IMG/VR virus record: IMGVR_UViG_3300008117_000011
Coordinates: 159,672-223,671 of that record
Strand: one strand, 5' to 3'
Length of the DNA stretch: 64,000 nt
Shown here one piece after another: positions 19,346 to 27,819 of this stretch (its first letter is position 1; each line of letters starts with the position of its first letter). The notes under the pieces are model-generated. The model made no database searches, was not told where the DNA came from, and was given only the letters and a program-made list of their open reading frames with translations. Position numbers and translations under genes: made by a program.

Positions 19346-21106
19346 TTGGATTTAAAAAATAATCTAATAGAACACAAAGCTCTTGATTTGTTAGACTCGT
19401 ATAGTGGTGCTAACAATTATATCCTTTATATGAAATCAAAAAAGGATGTAAATAAAAAGTTCTACCCCACAAGAACTCAGGCTGATTATATTATTAATTA
19501 TTTTGATGTAAAACCAAAGGTTGCAAGGAAGTGGGTTGATCTTGATTCTTATTTTGCAAATAAGTTTGCTAAAGATAGATACCTACTTGAAATACCAGAA
19601 AAAGTTTATATTGAAAAACTACTTGTTGAAAAAGATAAGTCCTACCATATTTGGGGTAAGTTCTTTGAGAAGGATAATTTATCAGAATTTTGGGTACCAA
19701 AATCATCATTAATAAAATCACATACGATAGAAAAGGTTGATATTGATTATTCTAAATATGGTCACAGACCACCTTTGTCTCACCAAAAAGAAGCGATAGA
19801 AAAACTTGTTGGGTCAAAAAGATTTATATTGGCAGACGATATGGGGCTTGGAAAAACAACCTCTACAATTATTGGAGCTCTTGAGACTGGTGCTAAAAAA
19901 ATTCTAATCATATGTCCAGCGTCACTTAAAATTAACTGGGAAAGAGAAATAAAAAACTATACCGATAGGAGTGTTTACATTTGTGAAGGAAAAAAATACT
20001 CAACAGATGAAGATTTTACAATTGTAAACTATGACATATTAAAAAACTTTTACGATCCTAAAGACAAAGAAAATTCTGAACTTGTTAAAACAAAATATGA
20101 TTTAGTAATTTTAGATGAAGCCCATATGGTTTCAAACGCTCAAGCTCAAAGAACAAAAATTATTAACAATTTTGTTAAAGATATAAAACAAGTTTGGCTT
20201 TTGACTGGAACACCAATGACATCAAGACCAATCAACTATTATAATCTTCTTAATATTATTGAAAGTCCGGTGGCACAAAACTGGATGGCGTATGCAATTC
20301 GTTATTGTCAGGGGTATCAGTTTAGAGCTGGTAATAGAAAAGTATGGAACGTAACCGGGGCTTCAAATCTTGAAGAACTCCGAGATAGGACATCAAAACA
20401 AATTCTTCGTAGATTAAAAGAAGAGGTGTTAGATTTACCTGAAAAAATAATAACCCCGGTTTATTTAAGAACCTCATCAAGAGAGTATAAAGATTTAATG
20501 GGTGAGTACTACGAGTGGTTAAAAAACAAAAAAGAAGAATCATCATCTCTTACAATTCAGTTCACAAAACTTATGAAAGTAAGAAAGGTAATCGCAAATG
20601 AAAAAGTTAAAGACACAATTGAGTTCGCACAAAATATTATAGACCAAGGAAAAAAAGTAATCATATTTACAAATTTTACCGATACCCTACAACTAATTCA
20701 TAATCACTTTGGTAAAGAATCGGTGTATCTTGATGGTAGTTGTAATAAAGTACAAAGACAATATGCTGTTGATCAATTCCAGGATAATGAAAAAATTAAA
20801 GTTTTTGTTGGTAACTTAAAAGCCGCTGGTGTTGGTCTTACATTAACCTCAGCCGAAGTTGTAATAATGAATGATTTATCTTTTGTTCCTGCGGAACACG
20901 CACAAGCTGAAGATAGGGCTTACAGATATGGTCAAAAAAATAATGTACTTGTTTATTACCCAATATTTGAAAACACAATAGAAGGTGTTGTGTATGATAT
21001 TTTAAATACAAAGAAAAAAATAATAGGGACTGTAATGGGTGATGAGGTTACAGAATCTTTTGACGTTGTTGAAGAAATCCTAAATCTTATAAACTCAAAA
21101 AGGTAG
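19346..21106 (+). CDS. SNF2-family helicase, HARP/SMARCAL1-like
   Basis: LADDMGLGKT, DEAH, LTGTP, GVGLTLT, QAEDRAYRYGQ. Confidence 0.92.
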   Translation: MDLKNNLIEHKALDLLDSYSGANNYILYMKSKKDVNKKFYPTRTQADYIINYFDVKPKVARKWVDLDSYFANKFAKDRYLLEIPEKVYIEKLLVEKDKSYHIWGKFFEKDNLSEFWVPKSSLIKSHTIEKVDIDYSKYGHRPPLSHQKEAIEKLVGSKRFILADDMGLGKTTSTIIGALETGAKKILIICPASLKINWEREIKNYTDRSVYICEGKKYSTDEDFTIVNYDILKNFYDPKDKENSELVKTKYDLVILDEAHMVSNAQAQRTKIINNFVKDIKQVWLLTGTPMTSRPINYYNLLNIIESPVAQNWMAYAIRYCQGYQFRAGNRKVWNVTGASNLEELRDRTSKQILRRLKEEVLDLPEKIITPVYLRTSSREYKDLMGEYYEWLKNKKEESSSLTIQFTKLMKVRKVIANEKVKDTIEFAQNIIDQGKKVIIFTNFTDTLQLIHNHFGKESVYLDGSCNKVQRQYAVDQFQDNEKIKVFVGNLKAAGVGLTLTSAEVVIMNDLSFVPAEHAQAEDRAYRYGQKNNVLVYYPIFENTIEGVVYDILNTKKKIIGTVMGDEVTESFDVVEEILNLINSKR

Positions 21107-21137
21107 AAATAACCTAATTTGTATATTTATTATATAA

Positions 21138-23219
21138 ATGAGAGTTAAAGTAAAACACGTAAAATGTGATATGTCTGAAAAGGACAAAGAACTTATGAAC
21201 GATTTTATTAAGTTCTTACAGAAGAAGTATCCTTTAAAGGATGATATTACTATTATTTTTACCGGTGAAAGATATGGTAAAATGTCCACAGGTAGTAGGA
21301 CACAAGATTCTGAACTTAAGATTTTCACTAAAGACAGAATGAATAGGGATATTGTAAGAACATTAGCTCACGAATGGATACACGAAAGACAAATTAAAAT
21401 CCAAGGTAAAAAACCAAAACAAGATATTGGTGGTCCCCTTGAAGATGAGGCAAACGCAAAAGCTGGTTCTGCAATTAAACAGTTTGAAAAGGAGTTTCCA
21501 AAAAAAGAAGAGTTAATGTACGAAGGTATAAATAATAAGTTAAATCTGATTAACGAGCAAATCTTATTAAAGGAAAAGGAAAATATTAAAGGTGAGTTTT
21601 TAACCGAAATGAAAAAAATCGGTATTGAAAAATTACCTTATTCATATTCAGCTTTAAAACAATTTGTGGATCCGGAAACAATGGATATTCATTACAACAA
21701 ACACTATAAAGGTTATGTCAAAAAATTAAATGACGCTCTTTCTAATAAAAAAGGTGAAATGGAGCTTGAGGATATTGTAAAAACAATATCAAAGTTTAAC
21801 ACTAAAGTTAGAAACAATGCTGGTGGTGCTTTTAATCACGCGTTATTTTGGAAAATGTTATCACCAAAAAAACAATTACCAAAAGGTGAGATATTAGAAA
21901 AAATTACAAAACAATATGGTAACATCAAAAAAATGAAAGATGAATTCAATGATGTTGCTAAAGAAAGATTTGGGTCCGGATGGGTTTGGCTTGTTTTAAC
22001 AAAGACAAATAGACTTAAAATTATGTCAACACCAAACCAAGATAATCCACTTATGAATGTTATTAAAGATGGTGGATATCCACTTTTAGGTTTAGATTTA
22101 TGGGAGCATGCTTATTATTTGAAGTATAGAAATAAAAGGGATGAATACATTAAAAATTTCTGGAATTCTGTAAACTGGGAATTTGTAAATGAACTTTTTG
22201 TTTCAAAGACAACAAAAAAGTTAAATGAATCATATATGAAAATTTTATTAGAAAACGAGGATTTACAACCAGATCTGAAAAAAATTATGAGTCGTGAATT
22301 ACAAAAAATTAGACTTATACCATTAGATGCTGAGGCAGGAGCCGAAGCAATTAACAACATTACAACAGCTGAAATTTCAAGGGGGAACCTTGACTTTAAT
22401 AGGACTATAAGTGGACTTATGACTCTTGATTTATCAACTGTTTCTGAAAGATCAAAATATAGATTTAATAATTATTTTCAAAGATTTATTAAAAGCAAAA
22501 CTAGAGGTTTTGACTTTGAGGGTATGGTTACCGGATTTCTTGATGGTGAACTAGCAACAAGCTTATCGTCTCCTTATGATATCTCAACATCAGAGGGAGA
22601 TTTAATTTCTTGTAAAGTAGTTAGAGACACTAATGAAAGAATATCACTTAAAAGTATTAGGACTGGGGTTAAAGATTTTGTTGAGAAATACGAAGGGTCA
22701 GAAGAAAATAAATATATATTAAGTGGGTTAACTCAATTTCCAAATTTTTTAGAACTAGTTGTAACACACGAAAATTCAGATATACAAAATCAAGGTGAAG
22801 ATATTTTAAACAAATTACTTATTGATATTACAGGATTACTTGTTGGTGTACCAAACTCACAAAATCTTGGGGTTGATTTATACTACTATGATAAAGCTCG
22901 TCTAATTGAACTTGCTAAAACACCAGGAATTCTAAAAGCTGGAAGATCAGCTGAAGCTCAAACAATATCCTATTCGGCTAAAATACTTAAAATGGGTACA
23001 ACCAAAAGTGGGTTTATTCAGTTTCCGATTGTTACTCAAGAACAATATGCCGAATTTTTAATTGGTAATGAAAAAACAAAAGAAATTGTAAATATTTTTA
23101 ACACTATGGGTGAAAAATATGGAGTCCCAAGATTAGGTGACAATATCCCACAAGATATTATTAGGGATTTATCAAAAAATGAAAGATTCAAATTAGATAT
23201 TAGAAGAATACTTAAATAA
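21138..23219 (+). CDS. Fusion of HExxH metallopeptidase-like domain, Fe/Mn superoxide dismutase and PD-(D/E)xK nuclease-like domain
   Basis: TLAHEWIH..EDEANA; SOD motifs LPY, HYNKH, NNAGGAFNHALFW, FGSGWVWL, DLWEHAYY; C-terminal GFDFEG..PYDI..ISCK. SOD call is strong, nuclease call is tentative. Confidence 0.8.
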   Translation: MRVKVKHVKCDMSEKDKELMNDFIKFLQKKYPLKDDITIIFTGERYGKMSTGSRTQDSELKIFTKDRMNRDIVRTLAHEWIHERQIKIQGKKPKQDIGGPLEDEANAKAGSAIKQFEKEFPKKEELMYEGINNKLNLINEQILLKEKENIKGEFLTEMKKIGIEKLPYSYSALKQFVDPETMDIHYNKHYKGYVKKLNDALSNKKGEMELEDIVKTISKFNTKVRNNAGGAFNHALFWKMLSPKKQLPKGEILEKITKQYGNIKKMKDEFNDVAKERFGSGWVWLVLTKTNRLKIMSTPNQDNPLMNVIKDGGYPLLGLDLWEHAYYLKYRNKRDEYIKNFWNSVNWEFVNELFVSKTTKKLNESYMKILLENEDLQPDLKKIMSRELQKIRLIPLDAEAGAEAINNITTAEISRGNLDFNRTISGLMTLDLSTVSERSKYRFNNYFQRFIKSKTRGFDFEGMVTGFLDGELATSLSSPYDISTSEGDLISCKVVRDTNERISLKSIRTGVKDFVEKYEGSEENKYILSGLTQFPNFLELVVTHENSDIQNQGEDILNKLLIDITGLLVGVPNSQNLGVDLYYYDKARLIELAKTPGILKAGRSAEAQTISYSAKILKMGTTKSGFIQFPIVTQEQYAEFLIGNEKTKEIVNIFNTMGEKYGVPRLGDNIPQDIIRDLSKNERFKLDIRRILK

Positions 23220-23229
23220 GATATTAAAG

Positions 23230-23237
23230 TATTTATA
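23230..23237 (+). promoter_or_regulatory. TATTTATA putative late promoter; one of about 16 copies listed in the findings
   Basis: Same sense-strand motif lies shortly upstream of most virion gene starts. Confidence 0.6.
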
Positions 23238-23250
23238 TAATAAAATCATT

Positions 23251-24378
23251 ATGGCAATTATTGGTGAACCACAAAGAAGTCAACTATATACTAAAGTAAG
23301 ACATTTACTTGGTGCCCCACAAAGAAGTGTGGAATTAGAGGACGAACAAATGGATACATTACTTGAATTCTCAATTGATGAATATTCACAGTATGTCCAA
23401 GATTGGTTAATTGAATCTCAATGGACCGCTCTTAATAACTTAAATCTGGATACGCAATCTTTAAGTAGGGCTTTTACGACTAGAAGTTTGGATTATGAAA
23501 CAAGATATACTTACGCCTATTCTAAGATAGTTGGTTTGCAGGCCGGTGGTGAATGGGAATTAAAAAAAGATTATATACAATTAGTACCAAATCAACAGAT
23601 ATATGAAATACCGGCGGGTAGAGAATTAAATGAATTATTGTGGTTTACGCCAGCAACAATGAACAATATGTTATTTGATCCTTGGGCTTTTGGGGGTATC
23701 GCTGGTGGTGGTATTGCTGGTCCAGCAGGTTACGCTCAAGTTGGTAACTTATCTGGTAGTTACTTTATGATGCCAGCTTTTGATATGCTTTTAAGGATGC
23801 AAGAAATTAATATACAAAGAAGAATTATTGCTGGTGATTTAACTTATAGAGTAACCGCTCTTCCGGGTGGGAAAAAGGCGGTTCACTTAATGAACACACC
23901 AGGTGGTAAATTTGACTTTGGTAACTCAACCCTTATGAAGGGTAGAGTTTGGTATTGGTATTATGACACAACTGATGGTGACAAGGATAAGTGTCTGGCC
24001 GATAATCCGGATATTATTAAATTACCATCTGATGTTCCGTTTGACAAAATGAACTGGGATGAGTTAAATAATCCAGCACAAGTTTGGGTTAGAAGATGGT
24101 TTATCGCATATTGTAAAGAAACATTATCTAGAGTTCGTGGAAAATTTAGTGGTAACTTAAAAACTGGTGATGGTGGTGATTTAACAATGGATTATACCTC
24201 ACTTGCAACTGAAGCCAAAGATGAAAAGTCAAAATTAATTGAAGAACTAATTGGTGCTGAAGGAAGACTTACAAGATTGAAACCTGAAAAGGTTATGGAA
24301 AGGGAGGCTCTTATTGCTGAAAACTTAAATAAACAGCTCAAGTTTAGAGCGATGCCGAGACAAATTTATGTAATATAA
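23251..24378 (+). CDS. Neck / head-tail adaptor protein (gp13-like)
   Basis: LLGAPQRSVELEDEQ; WVRRWFIAYCKETLSRVRGKFSG; LATEAKDEKSKLIEEL. Confidence 0.75.
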   Translation: MAIIGEPQRSQLYTKVRHLLGAPQRSVELEDEQMDTLLEFSIDEYSQYVQDWLIESQWTALNNLNLDTQSLSRAFTTRSLDYETRYTYAYSKIVGLQAGGEWELKKDYIQLVPNQQIYEIPAGRELNELLWFTPATMNNMLFDPWAFGGIAGGGIAGPAGYAQVGNLSGSYFMMPAFDMLLRMQEINIQRRIIAGDLTYRVTALPGGKKAVHLMNTPGGKFDFGNSTLMKGRVWYWYYDTTDGDKDKCLADNPDIIKLPSDVPFDKMNWDELNNPAQVWVRRWFIAYCKETLSRVRGKFSGNLKTGDGGDLTMDYTSLATEAKDEKSKLIEELIGAEGRLTRLKPEKVMEREALIAENLNKQLKFRAMPRQIYVI

Positions 24379-24752
24379 TGAGTGGATTTAGAGTAGAAAA
24401 TCTTACACCAAGAAAGAACGTTGTAAGATATCAAACACAAACTATTGTTGAACAACCAAAACCAATTGAGTTGCCAAAAGAAATTCAAAAAATAATATCA
24501 GACCCTATTTACACAACTGGTCTAGAAACATTACTTGTTGTTAAGGGTGAAGGTTCTGAAGTGACACTTAACTCAAGTGAGAATGAAAAAATTACAATTA
24601 AATCACTTACAACAGTTCTAATTAAATCAGATGTTGGTGCAATTGATGAAGAATGGGACGAACTCCTTTTAGAAAAAGGTGCTTGTGTTCACTTCCAATT
24701 CGTTGAGGGTAACTGGTACATATTAAGTTCTGACGGTCTGAAGATGAGTTAG
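24378..24752 (+). CDS. Hypothetical protein with a small beta module also present in the fibre at 45202..48153
   Basis: ITIKSL..IDE..LL..CVHF..NWYILS; translationally coupled to the neck gene (TAATG). Confidence 0.5.
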   Translation: MSGFRVENLTPRKNVVRYQTQTIVEQPKPIELPKEIQKIISDPIYTTGLETLLVVKGEGSEVTLNSSENEKITIKSLTTVLIKSDVGAIDEEWDELLLEKGACVHFQFVEGNWYILSSDGLKMS

Positions 24753-27676
24753 ATTAATTCTTCCCACCCATCTTCAGCTAATTCATATATGTAATTTGGG
24801 TCAATACCTACGTTTTTCCAAAAGTCAACTTCACCTTGTTCCATCATAATAAGGTCCTTCTCAATATCATCTTGATCACCATCATCAAATGGAATACCAT
24901 TGATAAGGTCACATTGGTCTTTGGTGAAGAATGGTCTTTCTTCTGGATTCTTAACTAGAAGTGAGTCTCTAATTTCTTGTTTAAACACAACAAGTAGTGG
25001 TTCAACTCTTTTGTTAAAAGTTACAATTGCTCTTTGGATATTATACTCACCTGTAAGTCCTGGATTACTTTCTAATTCTTGGGGGTCAATTCTATAACAA
25101 TTAAGTTGTACAACAGAATCTGAACTAGCGGCTCTATATGCTACATCTGTAGGTATACCGGTATTTGCTTCTTTGTTTGGTGAATCACTTCTCACCCAGT
25201 TATCATCTGACCAGGATTTTTCCCAACCATTATTTAATAAGAATTGTTCTTTATTTTTATAGTTTGACTTTTCATTGTTTGAAAAAAATAAACCTATCTG
25301 CTCTTCTGTCCATCCTTTCTTTGGTTTATTAACTTTCTGAACATCTCCGTGTGATGCTTTTGTTCCGTTGTTTACATAATAGATTACATCACCAAGACTC
25401 ACATTTAGTTTTTCTTTAATTACAAGTTCCATATGAGCTTGTCTTGACATTAAACTACCAGCTTTAGTTTTTGTCATACTCCTTTTGATGTAGTCATCAA
25501 TTGTTTGTTTGACCTTTGCTTTGTTTGCAATATCAATAAGAGGGATTCTTTGATCAAATATCTTTTGTAAGTATTCATAATACCACTCAACAAATCCTTG
25601 ACCATCACCACTAAGAAGTAATTTAATTCCTTTATCTAAAAATACCTCAATATATTTTGGCATCTTCTTTGATTTAATTGTATTTCCGGTAAGTTTTACT
25701 TTACCTCCGTGTTCTAATGTTGCATAGTTTTTACGAGCAAGGTTAATACAAGAATCCCAAGTACCGTCACAATCAAGACCCATTGTTCCTCTCATAAATC
25801 TATCGTTAAATTCTGCAACATCAGCATCATAACCATTGTAAACCTTTCCTTCTTTGACAAGCCAGTTTAATCCTCTACCGGTATAAACTCTATCGTCCAC
25901 ACCACCATCTGGTAATGAGAAGTTCATACCGTCCGTATCACAAACAAGAGGGGTGTATCCCCTTTTGTTAAAGAATTTTAACATCTGTCTTAGGTATTGT
26001 CTACCGGTACAGGTAATCTGTTCCCCCATATCCATATCACCCCAAGGAAATACTTGTGGTGCTGAAAGAGCACCAAATAGTGAGTTGATAAAGATTTTAA
26101 TCGGTAATTGTTTATTATCAAAAGATTTAGCTTTTTTACTATCAATTGATTTATATTCTGACGCAAGATTCTTGTACATAATACGAGTATCTCTAAAGTA
26201 AGATAATAAACCCTTCATTACACCAGAAATGTCTGATTGAGGAAACACATCGTGTGTTAATTGGATTGATGGGTAAAGGGAAGAGTAGTCAAGTTTAAGT
26301 ACGTCTTTTGAATACCCGGTTTTAAGAAGTCTTGATAAACCACCAACAAAGTTTCTTTTCTCTTTCTTTGCTGGAATCGCAAGTCCGTGTTTATAAGACC
26401 ATGCAAGCATTACCATCTTCCAGATTGTTGCCGTACCCATTGTGGATACTCTTTCGTATGTTGTTGGGAGAAGTGATGCAAGAAGAAAAGACCCTTGATT
26501 AAACTCAGCATCTACAAGTAGGGTTTCCTCAAGGTCATCGTCAAGATACCTCTCAATAATATCATCACCGGTTGTTTTAATGTAGATGTCATTTCTTTTT
26601 TCACATACCTTATCCACTTTACTATCAACACCAACCTTTTTGTATTTACCATTTTCGGTATTTAACCAATAATCTTCTTTATCGCGATACATTGAACCAA
26701 TTTTGTCGTGGTCAACATATACACGATCTGGTGCTTCAGCGTTAATAAATTTTGTAATATACTTAAGACCGGCCTCTTTAATTGACGAGTTAATTGCTTG
26801 TGCTCTACGGACCGAATGTAAAATATCAATAATATTATAACCCCACATTTGGGTTTGTGTAAAACTCTCAACTTCGTTACCTAATTTAAGCATTGAGTCT
26901 TTTTGTGTGATTTTTCTTTCAGAGTGTAATGTCTTTGATATTTTTTTAATATCAAGATTTAAAATTTTACATCTTTCATAAATCCAATACCAGTCAAAGT
27001 TTGCTGAGTTATAACCAGAAATAATTGAAGGTTTTATTTCGTCAATTATATTAAAGAACTCAACAAGTCCCTTTCTTTCCTCATCTTCATTTGTACACTC
27101 AATTACTTTCTGAAATCCCTTATTTGTTTTAAGACCAATCATAAAGATTCTACCATCTTTAGGCTCTAAAGATGTTGTCTCAAGGTCAAATACAAGTCTT
27201 GTAATGTCATTATAATCCTCAAATCCTTTAAACAATCTTTTTTCTTTTGAAACAAGAAACTGCTCAACCGGAGTTAACATTAAGAATTTATCTCTTACTT
27301 TTTCACCCCAGGGATCAATTCCACCATCTCTAAAAAATTGTGATAAAGCTCTATATCCTTTAAGTGATTTAACTAGGAATGTTAATCCATTCTCTAATTG
27401 TTCGTTCCCATCAGTACGAAGTTTTTCAATTACAATACCATACTTTGACATTGCTTCTTTTTGCATTGCTTTGGACCCCTGATAAAAGTTTAATCCTTTT
27501 AGGTCACCAACCCATGCAAATGCGATTAAACTATCTCTAACGATAGATTTACCTTTTCCCGGAACTTCTTTGATTTTATATATGTGATCCTTTTGATAGT
27601 CAAACTCAACTGAAACGATATGTTCTTCTGGATCATTTCCTTCTAGGAAGGATTTAATTTCTTCTGCTGTTATCAT
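24749..27676 (-). CDS. polB: Family B DNA polymerase
   Basis: ExoI FDLET, ExoII GYNSANFDW, motif A LDYSSLYPS, motif B KIFINSLFG, motif C CDTDG; start MITAEE at 27676 preferred over 27709. Confidence 0.93.
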   Translation of the reverse strand: MITAEEIKSFLEGNDPEEHIVSVEFDYQKDHIYKIKEVPGKGKSIVRDSLIAFAWVGDLKGLNFYQGSKAMQKEAMSKYGIVIEKLRTDGNEQLENGLTFLVKSLKGYRALSQFFRDGGIDPWGEKVRDKFLMLTPVEQFLVSKEKRLFKGFEDYNDITRLVFDLETTSLEPKDGRIFMIGLKTNKGFQKVIECTNEDEERKGLVEFFNIIDEIKPSIISGYNSANFDWYWIYERCKILNLDIKKISKTLHSERKITQKDSMLKLGNEVESFTQTQMWGYNIIDILHSVRRAQAINSSIKEAGLKYITKFINAEAPDRVYVDHDKIGSMYRDKEDYWLNTENGKYKKVGVDSKVDKVCEKRNDIYIKTTGDDIIERYLDDDLEETLLVDAEFNQGSFLLASLLPTTYERVSTMGTATIWKMVMLAWSYKHGLAIPAKKEKRNFVGGLSRLLKTGYSKDVLKLDYSSLYPSIQLTHDVFPQSDISGVMKGLLSYFRDTRIMYKNLASEYKSIDSKKAKSFDNKQLPIKIFINSLFGALSAPQVFPWGDMDMGEQITCTGRQYLRQMLKFFNKRGYTPLVCDTDGMNFSLPDGGVDDRVYTGRGLNWLVKEGKVYNGYDADVAEFNDRFMRGTMGLDCDGTWDSCINLARKNYATLEHGGKVKLTGNTIKSKKMPKYIEVFLDKGIKLLLSGDGQGFVEWYYEYLQKIFDQRIPLIDIANKAKVKQTIDDYIKRSMTKTKAGSLMSRQAHMELVIKEKLNVSLGDVIYYVNNGTKASHGDVQKVNKPKKGWTEEQIGLFFSNNEKSNYKNKEQFLLNNGWEKSWSDDNWVRSDSPNKEANTGIPTDVAYRAASSDSVVQLNCYRIDPQELESNPGLTGEYNIQRAIVTFNKRVEPLLVVFKQEIRDSLLVKNPEERPFFTKDQCDLINGIPFDDGDQDDIEKDLIMMEQGEVDFWKNVGIDPNYIYELAEDGWEELI

Positions 27677-27739
27677 AATATATTTTTTGAGTGGTGTATT
27701 TTCTGTCATACTAACGATGACATTTACCTTACATCAATA

Positions 27740-27768
27740 AGTATATTAGTAAATTTGTTTTTTGTCAA
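27740..27768 (-). promoter_or_regulatory. Sigma70-type promoter of the DNA polymerase gene
   Basis: TTGACA (27768-27763), 17 nt spacer, TATACT (27745-27740). Confidence 0.75.
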
Positions 27769-27770
27769 AT

Positions 27771-27804
27771 AAAAAAAGAGGGTTTTTGTGACCCCCTTTT
27801 TTTT
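27771..27804. terminator. Probable intrinsic terminator after 27820..30276
   Basis: aaaaaaagagggt-ttttgtg-acccctttttttt imperfect hairpin with A and T runs. Confidence 0.6.
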
Positions 27805-27819
27805 ATCTTAAAAAATAAT

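Noticed and set aside
24749-27676. Intein or intron in the DNA polymerase
   Set aside because: No Cys/Ser...His-Asn splice motifs or LAGLIDADG blocks seen; motifs A, B and C are normally spaced; only a short possible insertion (GWEKSWSDDNW region) near the C-terminus
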